64,000 bases of DNA from Marsupella aquatica (lineage: Eukaryota; Plantae; Marchantiophyta), in NCBI GenBank assembly GCA_973895155.1, contig OZ316899.1, positions 2,193,573 through 2,257,572 of the forward strand, in the 5' to 3' direction. Position 1 is the first letter of the stretch. Every line of letters begins with the position of its first letter. Shown here in pieces: positions 23,940 through 37,624 of the stretch. A program made the position numbers and the translations under genes. Under the pieces are notes generated by a model. The model searched no databases. It saw nothing but the letters and a program-made list of their open reading frames with translations, and had not been told where the DNA came from.

Positions 23940-26900
23940 GTAGTTATAGGGTTTTGGGCACCTGTCACTTGAAATACCACCGTGTTTTGAGTTGGGAAAA
24001 TTATGTGTTTGAACTTGCCATGAAGTGCATTCATATGTACCAACCCAAACCACTTCACATAAGGTCGTTTCGGGCCCTCACCTTTTGGCGACTACAAATT
24101 GCACCCGTATTTGAGTCATGCAACATACTTTGGTGCGACCACTTGCTATGAACTAGTGCTAAAAGGAGTGAATTGTGTGCACGCATCACATAAGCTCCAT
24201 ATTTGTAATTCCGTAGAGTCTTGGAGTGATTTGGGTGGAGTTCATGATGTTCCATAACTTGTGTGCCTCAAATCTCTTCACCTTGGCATTTTATGCGTCA
24301 CAACCTCATTGTCGTTGCTATAACTAGTTGGCACACGTGATGGGGGTGTCCCACGGCTTCACCATGGGGTGGCTAACACAAAGGAACTTCCTCCTTTAAT
24401 GGTGGCCCTCCGAGAATTGTCACAAGGTGGATCCACTTCTCATTATCCATTGTAAGTTTGTCACTCCCCAAATCACTAAAAACTTTGTTCTTCAAAACCC
24501 TCATTTCTAGCGACTAACATTATCACTCAAGCTGGGGTGGTACATCACGCCCTCTAAACAACTTCTCATAAAGTGGTAGTCCTAGGGTGAGTACGTATTG
24601 GTCCCAAACCACTACAAATGTGGTGGTTTTAGGGTTTAGGGCAAATGCAACTTAAGATACCACCGTTATTTGAGTTGAGAAGTAAATTGGGTGTGAACAC
24701 TTGCAATCAAGTGCATTTGAATGTACCAGCCCAATTGACTAAAAAAAAGGTCCTTTTAAGCCCTCGCCTTTTGGCGACTACAAATTGCACCCGTATTTGA
24801 GTCATGCAACACACTTTAGTGCGATCACTTGCCCTGAACTAGTGCTATTATAAGAAGTAAATTATATGGACGCATCACATAAGCTCCATATTTGTAATTC
24901 CGTAGAGTCTTGGAGTGATTTGTGTGGAGTTCATAATGTTCCATCACTTGTATGCCTCAAAGTTCTCCACCTTGGCATTTTATGCATCCCAACCTCATTG
25001 TCGTTGTTATAACTAGTTGGCACACATGATGGGGGTGTCCCACGGCTTCACCATGGGGTGGCTAACACGGAGGAATTATGATGGCGGCGGGTCCAACCCT
25101 CCTCCTTTAATGGTGGCCCTTTGAGAATTGTCGCAAGGTGGATCCACTTCTCATTATCCATTGTAAGCTTGTCACTAGTGGTGGACCTTACCACCCAGCG
25201 CCCTCACCAATCCTAGCACTTGCGCCTAAGTGCCCTTGGTGCCTGGACGCCTCCACGGAATACCTCGAGCAAGCATCCAAGTGCCTCTAGCACCACCTGT
25301 GGCCCCTCCCATACAAAGCCGCACTTGCTCACCTACACGACCGCTACTCAATGGTCCTCACTGTCTGCACAAGCAACCAAGCATCTAGGTAAGTAACCCC
25401 TCCGGATCTAGAACGCGCCAAGTCTACCATCCTAACTCAAGCTCAACAGACGTTGGTAATTAGGTCAGCGATAGGTCCTCCCGACGCCATAAGCCGGAAC
25501 CAGAACCCATGCCCACTGTTTGTCTAGAACACCTCCTTCCTTGGGCACGGCCCCAGTTCCCCCTTGTACCTATCCATCACCAACTGACCGCCCTGACCCC
25601 AGGACATGCTCATGGCCCAAATAGCTTGTCCCAAAGCTTGTCCTAAGCTTGTCCCAACACGTCGGGACCAGAACGGCCCCGAGTCTAGGTTCGCCCCACT
25701 GGTGGTCTAGGGGCCGATCACCCTTGGAACTCAGCCTCCACACCTACTTGGCCTTGCCTCCCCAATGCAAGCTCCCTTGGGAGACTGAACCCGGTTTGGC
25801 TGCTGTTCGGTAGGATTTGGCAAGCGGGCGAGCTAACACCCGCAAACCACAAGAACCCATGGCACCCCAGACCCAGCTGATCTCAGAAGGACGTAGCTCT
25901 CCTCAAGAGCTTTCCAACGCACCCAACTCCAATGGACTTCTCGTTGGGAAGATATCGCCATTTCTGTTTGGCAATTTCCCTTAGTGTCGCGACCGCCGCA
26001 GCTCACGACTTCGGCTCGACCTTAGCCCCCAGGGAGACACCACTCCCCTCATATATGCTTCTGGAGACCTGTCACCCCTGGACCAGCTTTGGTCCCTAAG
26101 CATTTGGCCCCCAACCCGGATCCCATCGCGCATAATGGGCGCGCCACCAACTGGCAACGCCCATAAGTTTCTTGATAGGCATCCGCAAGCGGAGCGCCTT
26201 AGCCCGTTGTGACCGGGCCGACCCAGTGCTCATGCCTAGGCCCTTAGGTCTGATCGTTGCTAGGGTTTAGGGCAAATGCAACTTAAGATACCACCATTAT
26301 TGGAGTTGAGAAGTTAAATTGGATGTGAACACTTGCAATCAAGTGCATTTGAATGTACCAGCCCAATTGACTGGAAAAAGGTCCTTCTGAGCCCTCACCT
26401 TTTTGTGAATACAAATTGCACCAGTATTTTGAGTGATGCAACACATATTGGTGGAACGACTTGCCATGAACTAGTGCTAAAAGAAGTGAATTGTGTGGAT
26501 GCATCACATAAGCTCCATATTTGTAATTCCGTAGAGTCTTGGAGTGATTTGGGTGGAGTTCATGATGTTCCATCACTTGTATGCCTCAAAGTTCTCCACC
26601 TTGGCATTTTATGCGTCACAACCTCATTGTCGTTGCTATAACTAGTTGGCACATGTGATGGGGGTGTCCCATGGCTTCACCATGGGGGCGTTAACATGGA
26701 GGAATTATGATGGGCTCTGGCCCAACACGCCACCTTTCATTGTGGTGCTCCAAGAATTGCCGCAAGATAGATCCCATTCTTGTTATGCATTGTAAGTTTG
26801 TCACTCCCCAAACCACTCAAAACAATGTTCTTCAAAGCCCTCTTTACCAATGACTCAAACTATCACTGAAGCTTGGGTGGTACATCACGGATTCCTCCAA

Positions 26901-27700
26901 ATAACTTCTCATGAAGTGGTAGTTCGAGAATGACCATTGTACCCAAATCATTACAAATGAGGTGGTATGAGGGTACGTTTAGGGCAAATGCAACTTGAAA
27001 TACCACCATGTTTTGAGTTGGGAACTAAAGTGTATGTAAACACTTGCCAGAAGTGCATTCTTATGCACTAGCCCAAACCATTACAAATATGGTCCTTTGG
27101 AACCTTCACCTTTTTGGCACTACAAATTGCACCCATATTTTAGTGATGCACAACACAATGGTGCAACCGCTCGCCATGAACTAGTGGTAAAAGGAGTCAA
27201 TTGTGTGGACGCACTACATTAGCTCTATGTTTGTAATTTATAGAGTCTTGGAGTGATATGTGTGAAGTTCGTGATGTTCCATCTCTTGTGTGCCTCAAAG
27301 CCTCCACCTTTGCATTTTATGCATCATATATAACTCCATTGCCATTGTTCTAAGTGGCTGGTACACATGATGGGGGAGTCTCCCCGCTTTACCATGGAGG
27401 GGCTAATAGGGAGGAATTATTATGGCCGCTAGCCCAACACTCCGGCCCCTTTGGTTGTGGCCCTTCACAAAATGGTACCAAGGTACTACATCCATGGCTC
27501 TTGGGATTGTCCTCATGAACTACTCAAAACCATTGCAAACAATGTTGTTCCAAACCTTCACATGTATGCCACTGCTATTATCACCTATCATTGAGTGATT
27601 CAATACATGATAAAAATGTTCTAGCTTCCAAATAACTCACAATCATGTAGTGGGTGTAGACCTACTCGGGTGAATACCACTACAAATGACGTAGTACCAG
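23940..27700. repeat. Tandem array of about 4 diverged ~690-bp units (non-coding), interrupted by a truncated chromoviral LTR
   Basis: Unit starts of the form TAGGGTTT(A/T)GGGCA..CTT(G/A)A(A/G)ATACCACC at about 23947, 24631, 26261 and 26978. Shared blocks ACTACAAATTGCACCC, TAGAGTCTTGGAGTGAT and GATGGGGG(T/A)GTC. Related ACTACAAAT-containing flanks at 16695-17109, 23713-23940 and 32882-33100. Confidence 0.85.
25177..26260 (-). repeat. 5'-truncated copy of the AGT...ACT chromoviral LTR
   Basis: Reverse complement of about 3630-4720. Begins on plus exactly at AGTGGTGG after host GTCACT. The other end is lost at a tandem-unit boundary, so no TSD survives. Confidence 0.9.
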
Positions 27701-27887
27701 ACCGTCACCAAAGTGCAACAAGAATATCACCAATATTTTAGTGATCCATTACACAATATGTGAAACAACTTGCAGCCAAGTAGTGAGCCTGTGTTAATCA
27801 GGCCAATTTAACCACTTTGAATGTGGTTGTTCCCAACTCCCTTGTTTGTGACACATTACACTTTCTTTGAAACAACTTACAATCAAG

Positions 27888-30800
27888 TGTTATAACCCAT
27901 ACCTAAACCTACCCTACCTAGGGTTAAACCCTACTACAGTTAGGCTAATTCCAACCGCCTAACTACCTAGCCTCCATAGGAGCCATATGTAATGGGGAGA
28001 TGATAAATGAAGTGATCAGTTGTTCCACACCTTACAACACGGTATCAGCACAATGCTGGATTTGAATCATTTTTTTTTAGGGATTACAATTGTTTTCCCT
28101 CCATAGTAAGATTTTTTTCCACCATTAAGGGAAGGATTAAAGGCAGACAAAGGTGCAGCGGTGGCCGAAATCATCCCGTGAGACTAGATGTCAATGATCA
28201 AAACGAATTGGATACAAAATCGGGCAATGAGATAAGAAACTCCAAATTTGCCAAACACGATTTGAAAGTTTATTCTCAATTCCTTCAACTTCACCAATTG
28301 AGTTTATCAATAAGAAATTATCCAGAAAAATGTCAACGAATTCCATGGAGAAACTTTTATTTCAACCACTCAGCATCGATGGCGCCAATTACTTGTCCTG
28401 GTCGCTTGATACTGAAGCTCATTTAACTTCAAAGAATCTACAGGATACTGTAATAACTGACAATGGCCTAACTCTCCAACAAAAGGCGCAAGCATTGATA
28501 CTAATTAGATACCATTTGAGCGACTCCTTGAAGCGGCAGTACATGAACGAATACAATCCAAGGATCCTTTGGGAAGAACTCCAATCCCGCTTCGATCACA
28601 CGCGCACCAGGTGCCTGCAGCCAGACACGATTGGATCAATCTTAGAGTCCAAGACCATAAGACGATTGTGGACTACAACTGCGAGTTATTCCGGATAGTA
28701 TCACAACTGGCCATATGTGGCCACCCTGTAAATGATGAAGAACAGATTGAGAAAATGCTATCCACCCTCCACTCTACCAATCTCATCCTCTCCACGCAAT
28801 ACCGCAACATGCGATTCACCAAATACTCCGAATTGATTGCACATATGCTCCTAGCTGAGAAGCATCAGCTATTGCTATTACATAACTCCCAAAAATGACC
28901 TCCCGGCACCCTCCCCCCAATCACAAATACAGAATCTCATTACGTGACAACTCAAAGGGGAGGGGGATCATCTTACCGCGGCCGAGGCAGCTTCAGGGGG
29001 AGAAACACAAATAGAGGTCGAGGAGGTCCCTTCAGAGGAAGCGGGGGCAGAAACAACTCTTTCAGAGGCAGATCTAGGGGACGATATCAAAACAATGGAT
29101 ACAACTTCAGAAACAATGGGCAAAGAGACAATTCTCAACCCCGAGCGAGGATACCTCATCAGCAAAGCGCTCAAAGAGATAAATACGAAAACCCCTCTAT
29201 ATGTTCCGTTGCAACACTAAGGGCCACATTCAAAAATTCTGCCGTGCCCCTATACACCTTGTACAATTATATAAGAAGAGCATTGAACAAAATGAACCCG
29301 AGACATATGGGACCTTCTTAGAATCCACTGACCTAATACCATCTATAAATATGACTATATCAAGCGACGACTCTACCATAAAAGAAAATCTATCCCACTA
29401 CATAGTCAACAGCGGTACATCGCATTCCATTTTCAAGCATAAGGAATAATTTAAGCAAATTATACCATCACAAGGAAAACTAATGACTATTATGGGCCAG
29501 CACCAATTAGAAGAGGGATTTGGACCTGCAGTGGTCACCCTACCTGGCGGCATGCCCATTCAGGTGAAGTCTGCCATTTATGCTCCAAAGGCAACCAGGA
29601 ACTTACTGAGCTTCGGAGATATCCGTGCTAACAAGCTACACATCAAGATGGGCACCCAAGATGGACAGGAGGTTTTGTACATTACCTTGGGGGAACCACC
29701 AAACACAAAGATCAGAGAGATCCTATGTGCTTCACCCCCTGGCTGTTATACTACTAAAATCTACAGTTTCCACATTGAAGCACCCAAGGAACACTTACCA
29801 AGATCTGGCATAGGAGACTTGGCCACCCTGGAATGACAATGTTCTAGAAGCTCATCAGAGAAACCCAAGGTATACCGGAGAAGATTGCCACTTCTATGAA
29901 GAGATTTTTCCCAGTTTACAAACGAAACAACAACTCGACACAGAGAAGAATACTCACCTTACTTGGAAAATTGATACTGAATTCTGGAACGACCCACGGG
30001 ACAGCCACGCAGACACCAAAGTACAACGGATCCTCCACTTGGCCAGGATGGTAGAACGCCTACCCGACTCCTTTACAGATGCCGCCCAAGTGACCCGCTC
30101 CCACATTCCAGCAGCAAACGCCCCATCAAGAATCCAAATGGAGACCCCACCAGCATCAGTCACTGCACCGGAAGCAAAGAGAGGCCCGCCACTGGGATCT
30201 GCAAATAAATAGCCAAGACAGCGCAAAACATCCCCAACATCTGCACCAAATACATTGATCAGAGACCAAACCCCAATCCAACCAAATGTACCAGAAGACA
30301 ATGCAGAGATATCAATCAACTATGGAAGAACTGGACATGTATGGGACAGAGACCATACCACGATAGACGAACACTTTGCCTTCCACATAGCACAGCAGAT
30401 CGAAGAGGAATTACCAGATCCACAAACAATTAAAAAAGCTGAGGCCCAACCTGATTGGCCTGAATGGGAACAAGCCATTCATTTAGAACTGGACTCATTG
30501 ATAGCCCGCCAGGTATTCGGACCAATTACAATAGCAGAACCTGTGGTGCATCTCACAAGCTATAAATGGACACTGGTCAAGAAAAGGAATGCGAAAGGCA
30601 AAGTAACCAGACACAAGGCAAGATTGGTGGCCAGGGGATTCACACAAGTCCCCGGCAGGGACTACGACTTAACATACTCGCCGGTAATGGATGTCATCAC
30701 TTACCGGTACCTTATCACATTCTCACAACGCCACAACTTATCCATGCACCAAATGGATATTGTAACAGCCTACCTATATGGACACTTAGACAAAGTCATA

Positions 30801-32876
30801 TACATGGAAGCTCCACCATAACTGGTGAAATGAGTCGAGTATCACAGCAAAGGGAAACAAACACATAAAGCTAGAATCCACAACCAGGCGGAAACATTCA
30901 AGCATACAAATTCAGCGATACTCCACAAGACTGCAGCAAAGATAGCACTAACAGATCCTATCCAACATCAAAGGGACACCACCCAAAGAACTTGATTTGC
31001 AGTACAGGTGTTAAGATCCCTATATGGCCTCAAGCAAAGTGGCCTCACATGGTATAAACGTTTTAAGTCAGAAATGTTGGCAATGGGATTTACAAATGCT
31101 GACATTGCACCCTGTTTCTGAAACGGGAAAACAGAGAATTTATTATAGTAGCCATCTATGTGGACGACCTGAACCTGTTCGGAACAAGAAAAATTATGGC
31201 TGAAACTATCATACTCCTAAAACAGGCTTTCGAGATGCGCGACCTAGGGCAGACTTCTTTCTGCCTAGGACTACAATTTGAGCACCTGCACAATGGCATT
31301 TTCCTGCATCAGTCCACGTACATCAAGAAAATCCTGAAGCAATTCAACATGGACAAAGCCACTGCAGTCAGATCCCCCATGGACATCCGCTCACTTGACA
31401 AAGAAAAGGATATCTTCCAAAAGAGAAATGAAATGGAGCCACTGCTTGACCCAGAGAAGCCATACCTATCTGCTATAGGTGTCCTGATGTTCCTTTTGAA
31501 CCAGACAAGGCCAGATATCGCCTTCGCAGTCAATCTATTGGCTCGCCATAGTGCCAAGCCAACTATTCGGCATTGGAATGGGATAAAGTGCATTTTCCGC
31601 TATCTTGTGGGTACCCCTTATCTGGGACTGTTTTACCCATCCGAAACTAATTACTCACTTACAGGATATTCTGATGCAGGTTACCTCTTAGACCCGGAGG
31701 ACGCGAAGTCTCAAACCAGGCATACCTACACTATCAACACCAACAGAAATTCACGAAGATAACAGAGCCTGCGTTGAACAAATTCAAGCAGGCTTTATCA
31801 AGGGAGATCGAACCAAACACATTGCCCCCAAATTTTTCTTTACGCATGAACAGCAAGGCAATAGCATCGCAGTTAAATGGATACAAAGCTCCCAAAACAT
31901 CGCAGATTTGTTTATGAAATCACTTCCCCCTGTACTACACAGACAACATACATTCTTTATAGGATTGCGCAACTGAACTGCATTGCAGGACTAACACCTT
32001 TCGGACTACTTTTGACCTACTTGTCTCCTGCCCAGGGGGAGAATAAAAGTGAACCTCGCAACTACACAACAATGCGTGAAGGAGCGACCAGAAAATACCA
32101 CATCAGGGGGAGCAGAAAGCACACAGCACACTCTCACGCCAATGAAGCAGAAAGAATCCAACATTACCACAACTCGTTTGATGCACAAGTGCCCCAATCA
32201 CGAACCACCGAAGAGAAGCGCCCAACATCATCAAGAACAACGATCCTAAAATGCAGCAGCGCATAACCTGATAACTGCAAACACGGCAATGAAAGCAGTC
32301 CGAACATCGAACGCCACCTCGAACACTCTCGATCAAACAGATGAACCTATCGAATTCCACATAGTTCCACTGCCCTAAACACAAACTACGACTAACTTTG
32401 GACCTGTAGCACGTAGAGGACTTACACACAAATTACAGTAGAACCTTACTGTATAAGGCTACTGACCAAACGATACGGGTACAAAGTCTATAAGACAACC
32501 CACTTAATTTTTTTTAACAGACTACAATAACTTTACATTAACATATAGCTTGAGAAAATGGTAACACTCTTTCCCCCTACAAGAAAGGAGAAGGGGTTTT
32601 AATGAGGTTACATTTTCATTCCTAACTATAAACCTTTCAAAGACTAGGACATATTACACATTAGAGTAGGTTTTTCTTAGATGGTTGCAACATTACCCCG
32701 GGTCATGTTACACCCAAGGGGGAGTGTTATAACCCATACCTAAACCTACCCTACCTAGGGTTAAACCCTACTACAGTTAGGCTAATTCCAACCGCCTAAC
32801 TACCTAGCCTCCATAGGAGCTATATGTAATGGGGAGATGATAAATGAAGTGATCAGTTGTTCCACACCTTACAACA
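27888..32876 (+). mobile_element. Second Bianca-like Ty1/copia element (different subfamily), internally deleted
   Basis: 152-bp LTRs 27888-28039 and 32725-32876 (1 mismatch seen), TSD TCAAG, PBS CGGTATCAGCACAA 28040-28053, PPT AAGGGGGAG 32716-32724. Integrase core deleted near 29870, part of RNase H deleted near 31720, several stops and frameshifts. Confidence 0.95.
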
Positions 32877-33687
32877 TCAAGTACACACTAGTCTAGTCTG
32901 GATCATTTTGGGACTGGCCAAAACCACTTTGGGTGTGGTGTTTCCAAACCATCATACCTGCAGGACTACAAATACCACTAACATTGATGGACTGGCTAAG
33001 TGACCAAAGTAGTGCTTTGAGGAGTGATGCAAAGGGTTGAATGTACCCAAATTGGCAATTCAAGAAAAGTTATTTTTTAATCAAGTACTATATAAATTAA
33101 AAGGTGTTTGCATTGTCAAGAAATGTTTGGCATTAGGACTCATATGGATCACGTCATTTCTTGTTGATTGAAGCTGAATGACTTGCACTTCTGGACCTAG
33201 CTTCACTCCATGATTGACAAATTGAGCACTAGATTTAGATAGGATATCTCTGACTTTGCAAATTGAGCAGAATCTTTATTTTTAGTTGATTCAAATTTAG
33301 GTAGGCTATGTCTTTGCACGGAAAACATAAATCTTTGTTTTTACTTGATTCTAGGGAGTGCCCTCGTTTTCTCTTTTGTCATATTGAGTATAAACTTAAG
33401 AGTCAATATAAAGTTCCTTGATTTATTTTTCTCTTTTGTTATTTAATGTAGGTTTCCTTAAATCCATTTAAATTTTATAAATTTGAGCCACGAAAGCCCC
33501 GCAGCAAGGGGAACAATCAGAAATTAGAAGCATCAGCAAAGGGGACACCAATATTCCAAACAGCCATCAGTGCAAGTGTCTCAAGTCCCAGAGTGCATCC
33601 AGGGGCAGCCCATCGACCTATCCAAGTACCCTTGATAGACAGAACCCTCATCATCTACAAAACATCAACCTCAAACAAACTCTACTT

Positions 33688-36600
33688 CTAGCCTGAAGTG
33701 ATCCAGATATCCCTCCGGTTAATCCATAGCACCCTTTCCCTATTTACCATCTCCTTGGCCCTAAGTAGCCTCGTTCTTCTATTACAAGCCGGTAAGGTGA
33801 GTATCACAGCAGAGACATGGTCCGCCACTTTAGAGAGCATAAAGCGCAGGTCCAGCTTTCTGGTTCCCTCTGTCTTGAACATGTGCTCGTTCCTGCCATT
33901 CCACAACGTCCAGAGGATCTGGTATAGCATAAACAATTTTGCTACTTTACATGGGTTCCTTCCGATAGCAGAGTCAAGCATCCCAATCAGGCCTCCAAAG
34001 CGATCCGCAAATGCACCATCAAAACATCCCGCACATAAAGCCCAGCATTTCTGTGCATGTGCACAGTCAATGAAGAGGTGGGGAATGGTTTCTAGAATCC
34101 CAGGACACAGCTTGCACTCACCAGTTCCTTTACCTATCTTTATCGCCCTCACTCCAGTATACAAACCAGATGCAATTATCCTCCACAGAAAAGTCTTAGC
34201 CCTCATAGTCAACCCAGATCTCCATATACCAGTCCATCCTACATTCCACTCCCCCGTTGTCTTGGAAATCCCCCAAGTTCTGTTCAGACTGGGGGTGTCG
34301 CTGCACTCAGTCCTGATCATCCTATAAGCTCTCCTATTCTGGATTCCAAAGCTCTTCAGTGGATCCGGACTGTCTGCCCAACACCAGCATCGAGGACCAG
34401 GCTCGTAACCCCAAACACACTGTCTGATGCTCACTAGTGCCTCTATGAATTTCCTTCCCAGATTACGGTGTTCCAGTGAAAATCCCCTCAGGTTCTCCCG
34501 TCTCTCATTCACCATTCTCCAACCCTGTCTCTCCTCCGCCCACAGATCCTGTATACACCGAATGCCCAGTCGCCCACAGAGCCTCGTGACAGCAACCATG
34601 TCCTCATTGCTCCATGCCTGAAAGCCTTTCAATCACCTGATTGTGTCCCCTACTGCCCATCTTCCTGGTACTCGATCCATGGAGCAGAATATCAAATTCA
34701 CCCGTAGCTGTTCCCATGCCTTCCAAAGCCCACCTGTATATGCTAGACCATGAAGTGCTCGCGGGTAGCAGAGTAGCATCTTGTCCCTAAATGTGTAGTT
34801 GTTTCTCCTTACTACCTTATAGTTGGCCCATCCAATCAGTTTCAAATTCGCAGCAAACAAGTAGGCCCATTCCGATCTGGGGGAATCCAGCGCCCCAGTA
34901 AACCATTTGGCGAGTAATGCATCCGAATGGCTTCTGAAATCCTTGATTCCAAGTCCCCCCTCCGTCTTAGGGCGAGAGATGCAAGCCCAGGAGACCAATG
35001 GTACCCGCCTACCTCCCTCCTTGTTATACCCCCACAGAAAGTCTCTACAAAGTGCAGTCATTTTTCTTGCAAGCGCATTAGAAGCCTTTAGGAACATCGA
35101 GTGATATACTGGTATTGCCTGTAAAATGTGCCTTATAAGCAGAGTTTTGCCTGTGAATGTCAACATCTTGTTGGCCCAGGATGAGAGCCTTTGTCCAATC
35201 TTATCCAATACATACCTGTGCAGCTGCTCCATTTTCAGGTCTACCCCCAGTGGAGCTCCGAGGTATTTCTGGAGTTCCCCCTACCACTGATCACACAGCC
35301 AGTATCCCTGAGCCACCGTGGCGTTGTTGTTACTAGTGGTATCACAGTGGATTTCCGTAAGTTAAGGCGAGCCCCTGTTGCCAATTCATAGCATTTCACC
35401 ACCTCTATTACCTGTTGAAAGTTTCTCTCCTTTGCCGGGATAAACATCCCCAAGTCATCCGCGAACAGCCGGTAGCAAATGGTTAGTATCTCTGAAACTT
35501 GTATTCCTTCCAGCCTGCCCGCAGCTAGTTCTGCATCCATAAAATCCATCAATGGTTGTGTTGAGATCACAAAAAGGAGAGGAGACAAGGGGCATCCTTG
35601 TCTGACCCCCCGTTGGAGCCCAATGTTAGTGAAAGCATACCATTCAGGTGTATCCTGGATGTAGCGTGCTGCATCAGTGCCTGCACCAATTTGATACAGG
35701 TGCTACTGATACCGAGCAAGTGCATAGTTTCCCAAATGTATCCCTGGTCTACTCGGTCAAATGCCTTCTCAAAGTCTAGTTTAAGAAAAAGTGCCTCATA
35801 CTTTCTATTCTTCAGCCAATCGAAAGTCAACCATGCCATTGATATGTTCTCCAGTATGTTTCGGCCAGGGATGAACCCTGTCTGTTGAGGGCTGATCAGT
35901 CAGGGCAGGATACATATCAGCCTGCGAGCCAGAATTTTAGCAATCAGCTTGTACACTGTATTCAACATGGTTAATGGCCGCCAGTCCTTTAGCATCCGTT
36001 TATCCGCCTTCTTAGGGATGAATTTGATGATCCCCTCCTTGACCCCACTAGCCAGCTTCCCTGTCAACCAAAATTCCTGTATCATGGCAACCAGATCCTC
36101 TTGCAAGAATTCCCAGCATGCCTGATACACCTCTGCAGACAGCCCATCCGGTCCCGGTGCCTTGTCCTTTGGGGGCATCCAAAGTACCTCTTTTATTTCC
36201 GTGTTTGTGGGCAGTTTCTCTAGCATGGTTGTCTCTGCTGTGGTCAGTGCCGCCCTGGTATGCTTCAGCAGCCTGCTTCATTCGTTTAGTGAGATCAGCC
36301 GCTCCCCCTGCGTTGGGGCCCCAGGAGCATACAATGCCAGGCAAGTTTGTTCCACCTCCTTCATTATGTGCACTGGGTCTGTAATCACCGTCCCCTTCCA
36401 ACAACAAACTCTTCATCGCTTCTCGTTCTCTCTTAGCCTTAACAGTTGCAAAATAGAAATGTGATGGTTCGTCTCCCTCCCCCAGCCATTTAATTCGCGC
36501 CAATCTTCTTCCTCTATGAGCCTCCTCCAGCTCCGTAGCATGTAGTAAGTCCTCTGTGTCAACGTACTCTTTGAGTTCATTTTTAGAGTATTCCTCCATT

Positions 36601-37601
36601 ATTGTCATCTTCAGCATCCTTAATTTATCCCGCAGCAGCAGCAGTTCTTCTTCTCTTCGCTTAGGTGACCCTTGCTTCTCAATATACATTTTCCTCATAT
36701 TGCGACTCGCCTTGTCAAAAGCCATTATTGGTTCAGTACACCCCCCTTTTCCTTCCATCCATGCCCGCTGGAGTGCTTCCACTGTGCCTTCAATTTTCAC
36801 CAGAGCCGGGTTCGCTTTGAAAAGTGTCATTCGCACCCTACCACCCTCAGCCTGTACACCGCTCGTGAGTTGCAAGCTCAATACCACCGGATCGTGGTCC
36901 GAGAGGGCCAAGCCCCCATCATGCTTGAGTTCCCCAATCAGTTTGATCCATTCCCCATTGTTGCTAAAGTAAAATCTGTCCAGCCGGGACTGTGTCAGTA
37001 TCCCGTTCCTGCTTCTGCGCCATGTGAATCTAGACCCCTTGTCAATTCCTTTGAATTGTATAGCATCCACCAGATTGAATCGTACCTTCAGAAATCTCCA
37101 AAATTCAGCCTCGCGTCCTTTTATCAAGGGTGAGTCTCCTGTGGAGTCCTCCCGCATCTCCGTCATATTGAAGTCCCCGCATGCAATCCATGAAGCCGGG
37201 GGGAGTCCAAGTTTGAGTTCATTCCAGAGGATTGCCCTCCTCCTCGGTGAATTGGGCGCATAGACGCTGATTATTCCAAAGTTACATCCTTCATATACTA
37301 CTAGCGCCCAAACAGCCCTTCCTAAATCGAACACCCCTGAGTCCACAATTTTGATCCCTGGGTGTATTAGTAACGAAGTGCCCCCGCGACCCTCATCTGG
37401 GGCAGAAGTAATACACTGATACAATGGCAGTATCACCCTCATAGCCACATCGAGTCTGAACTGGTCCACCTTAATCTCCTGCAAGGCCAAGATTTCCACC
37501 CTTCCCTTTCTGGACTCTATCCAGTTCTTTACTACATTCTTCCTATTGGGCTCACACAACCCGCACACGTTCCAAGATGCAATTCTCAACAGTTCCCCCA
37601 T
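33688..37601 (-). pseudogene. LINE ORF2 (AP-like endonuclease, RT, zf-RVT) in several frameshifted pieces
   Basis: Endonuclease IASWNVCGL...LALQEIK...SVYAPN...CGDFN...RLDRFY...SDHDPV. RT KAPGPDG, WRPLTMLN, LDFEKAFDRV, QGCPLSP, LFADDL, YLGAPLG. C-terminal FLWRI...CKLCPGILETIPHLFIDC. Confidence 0.92.
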
Positions 37602-37624
37602 CGCTCCCTCATTCTTTCAATGCT

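Noticed and set aside
24626-24642. Interstitial telomere
   Set aside because: Only about 2 TTTAGGG units, embedded in a repeat unit; too short to call.
24055-26641. Repeated short ORFs (MEHHELHPNHSK...) in the tandem array
   Set aside because: Lengths and stops differ between units and no homology was recognised.
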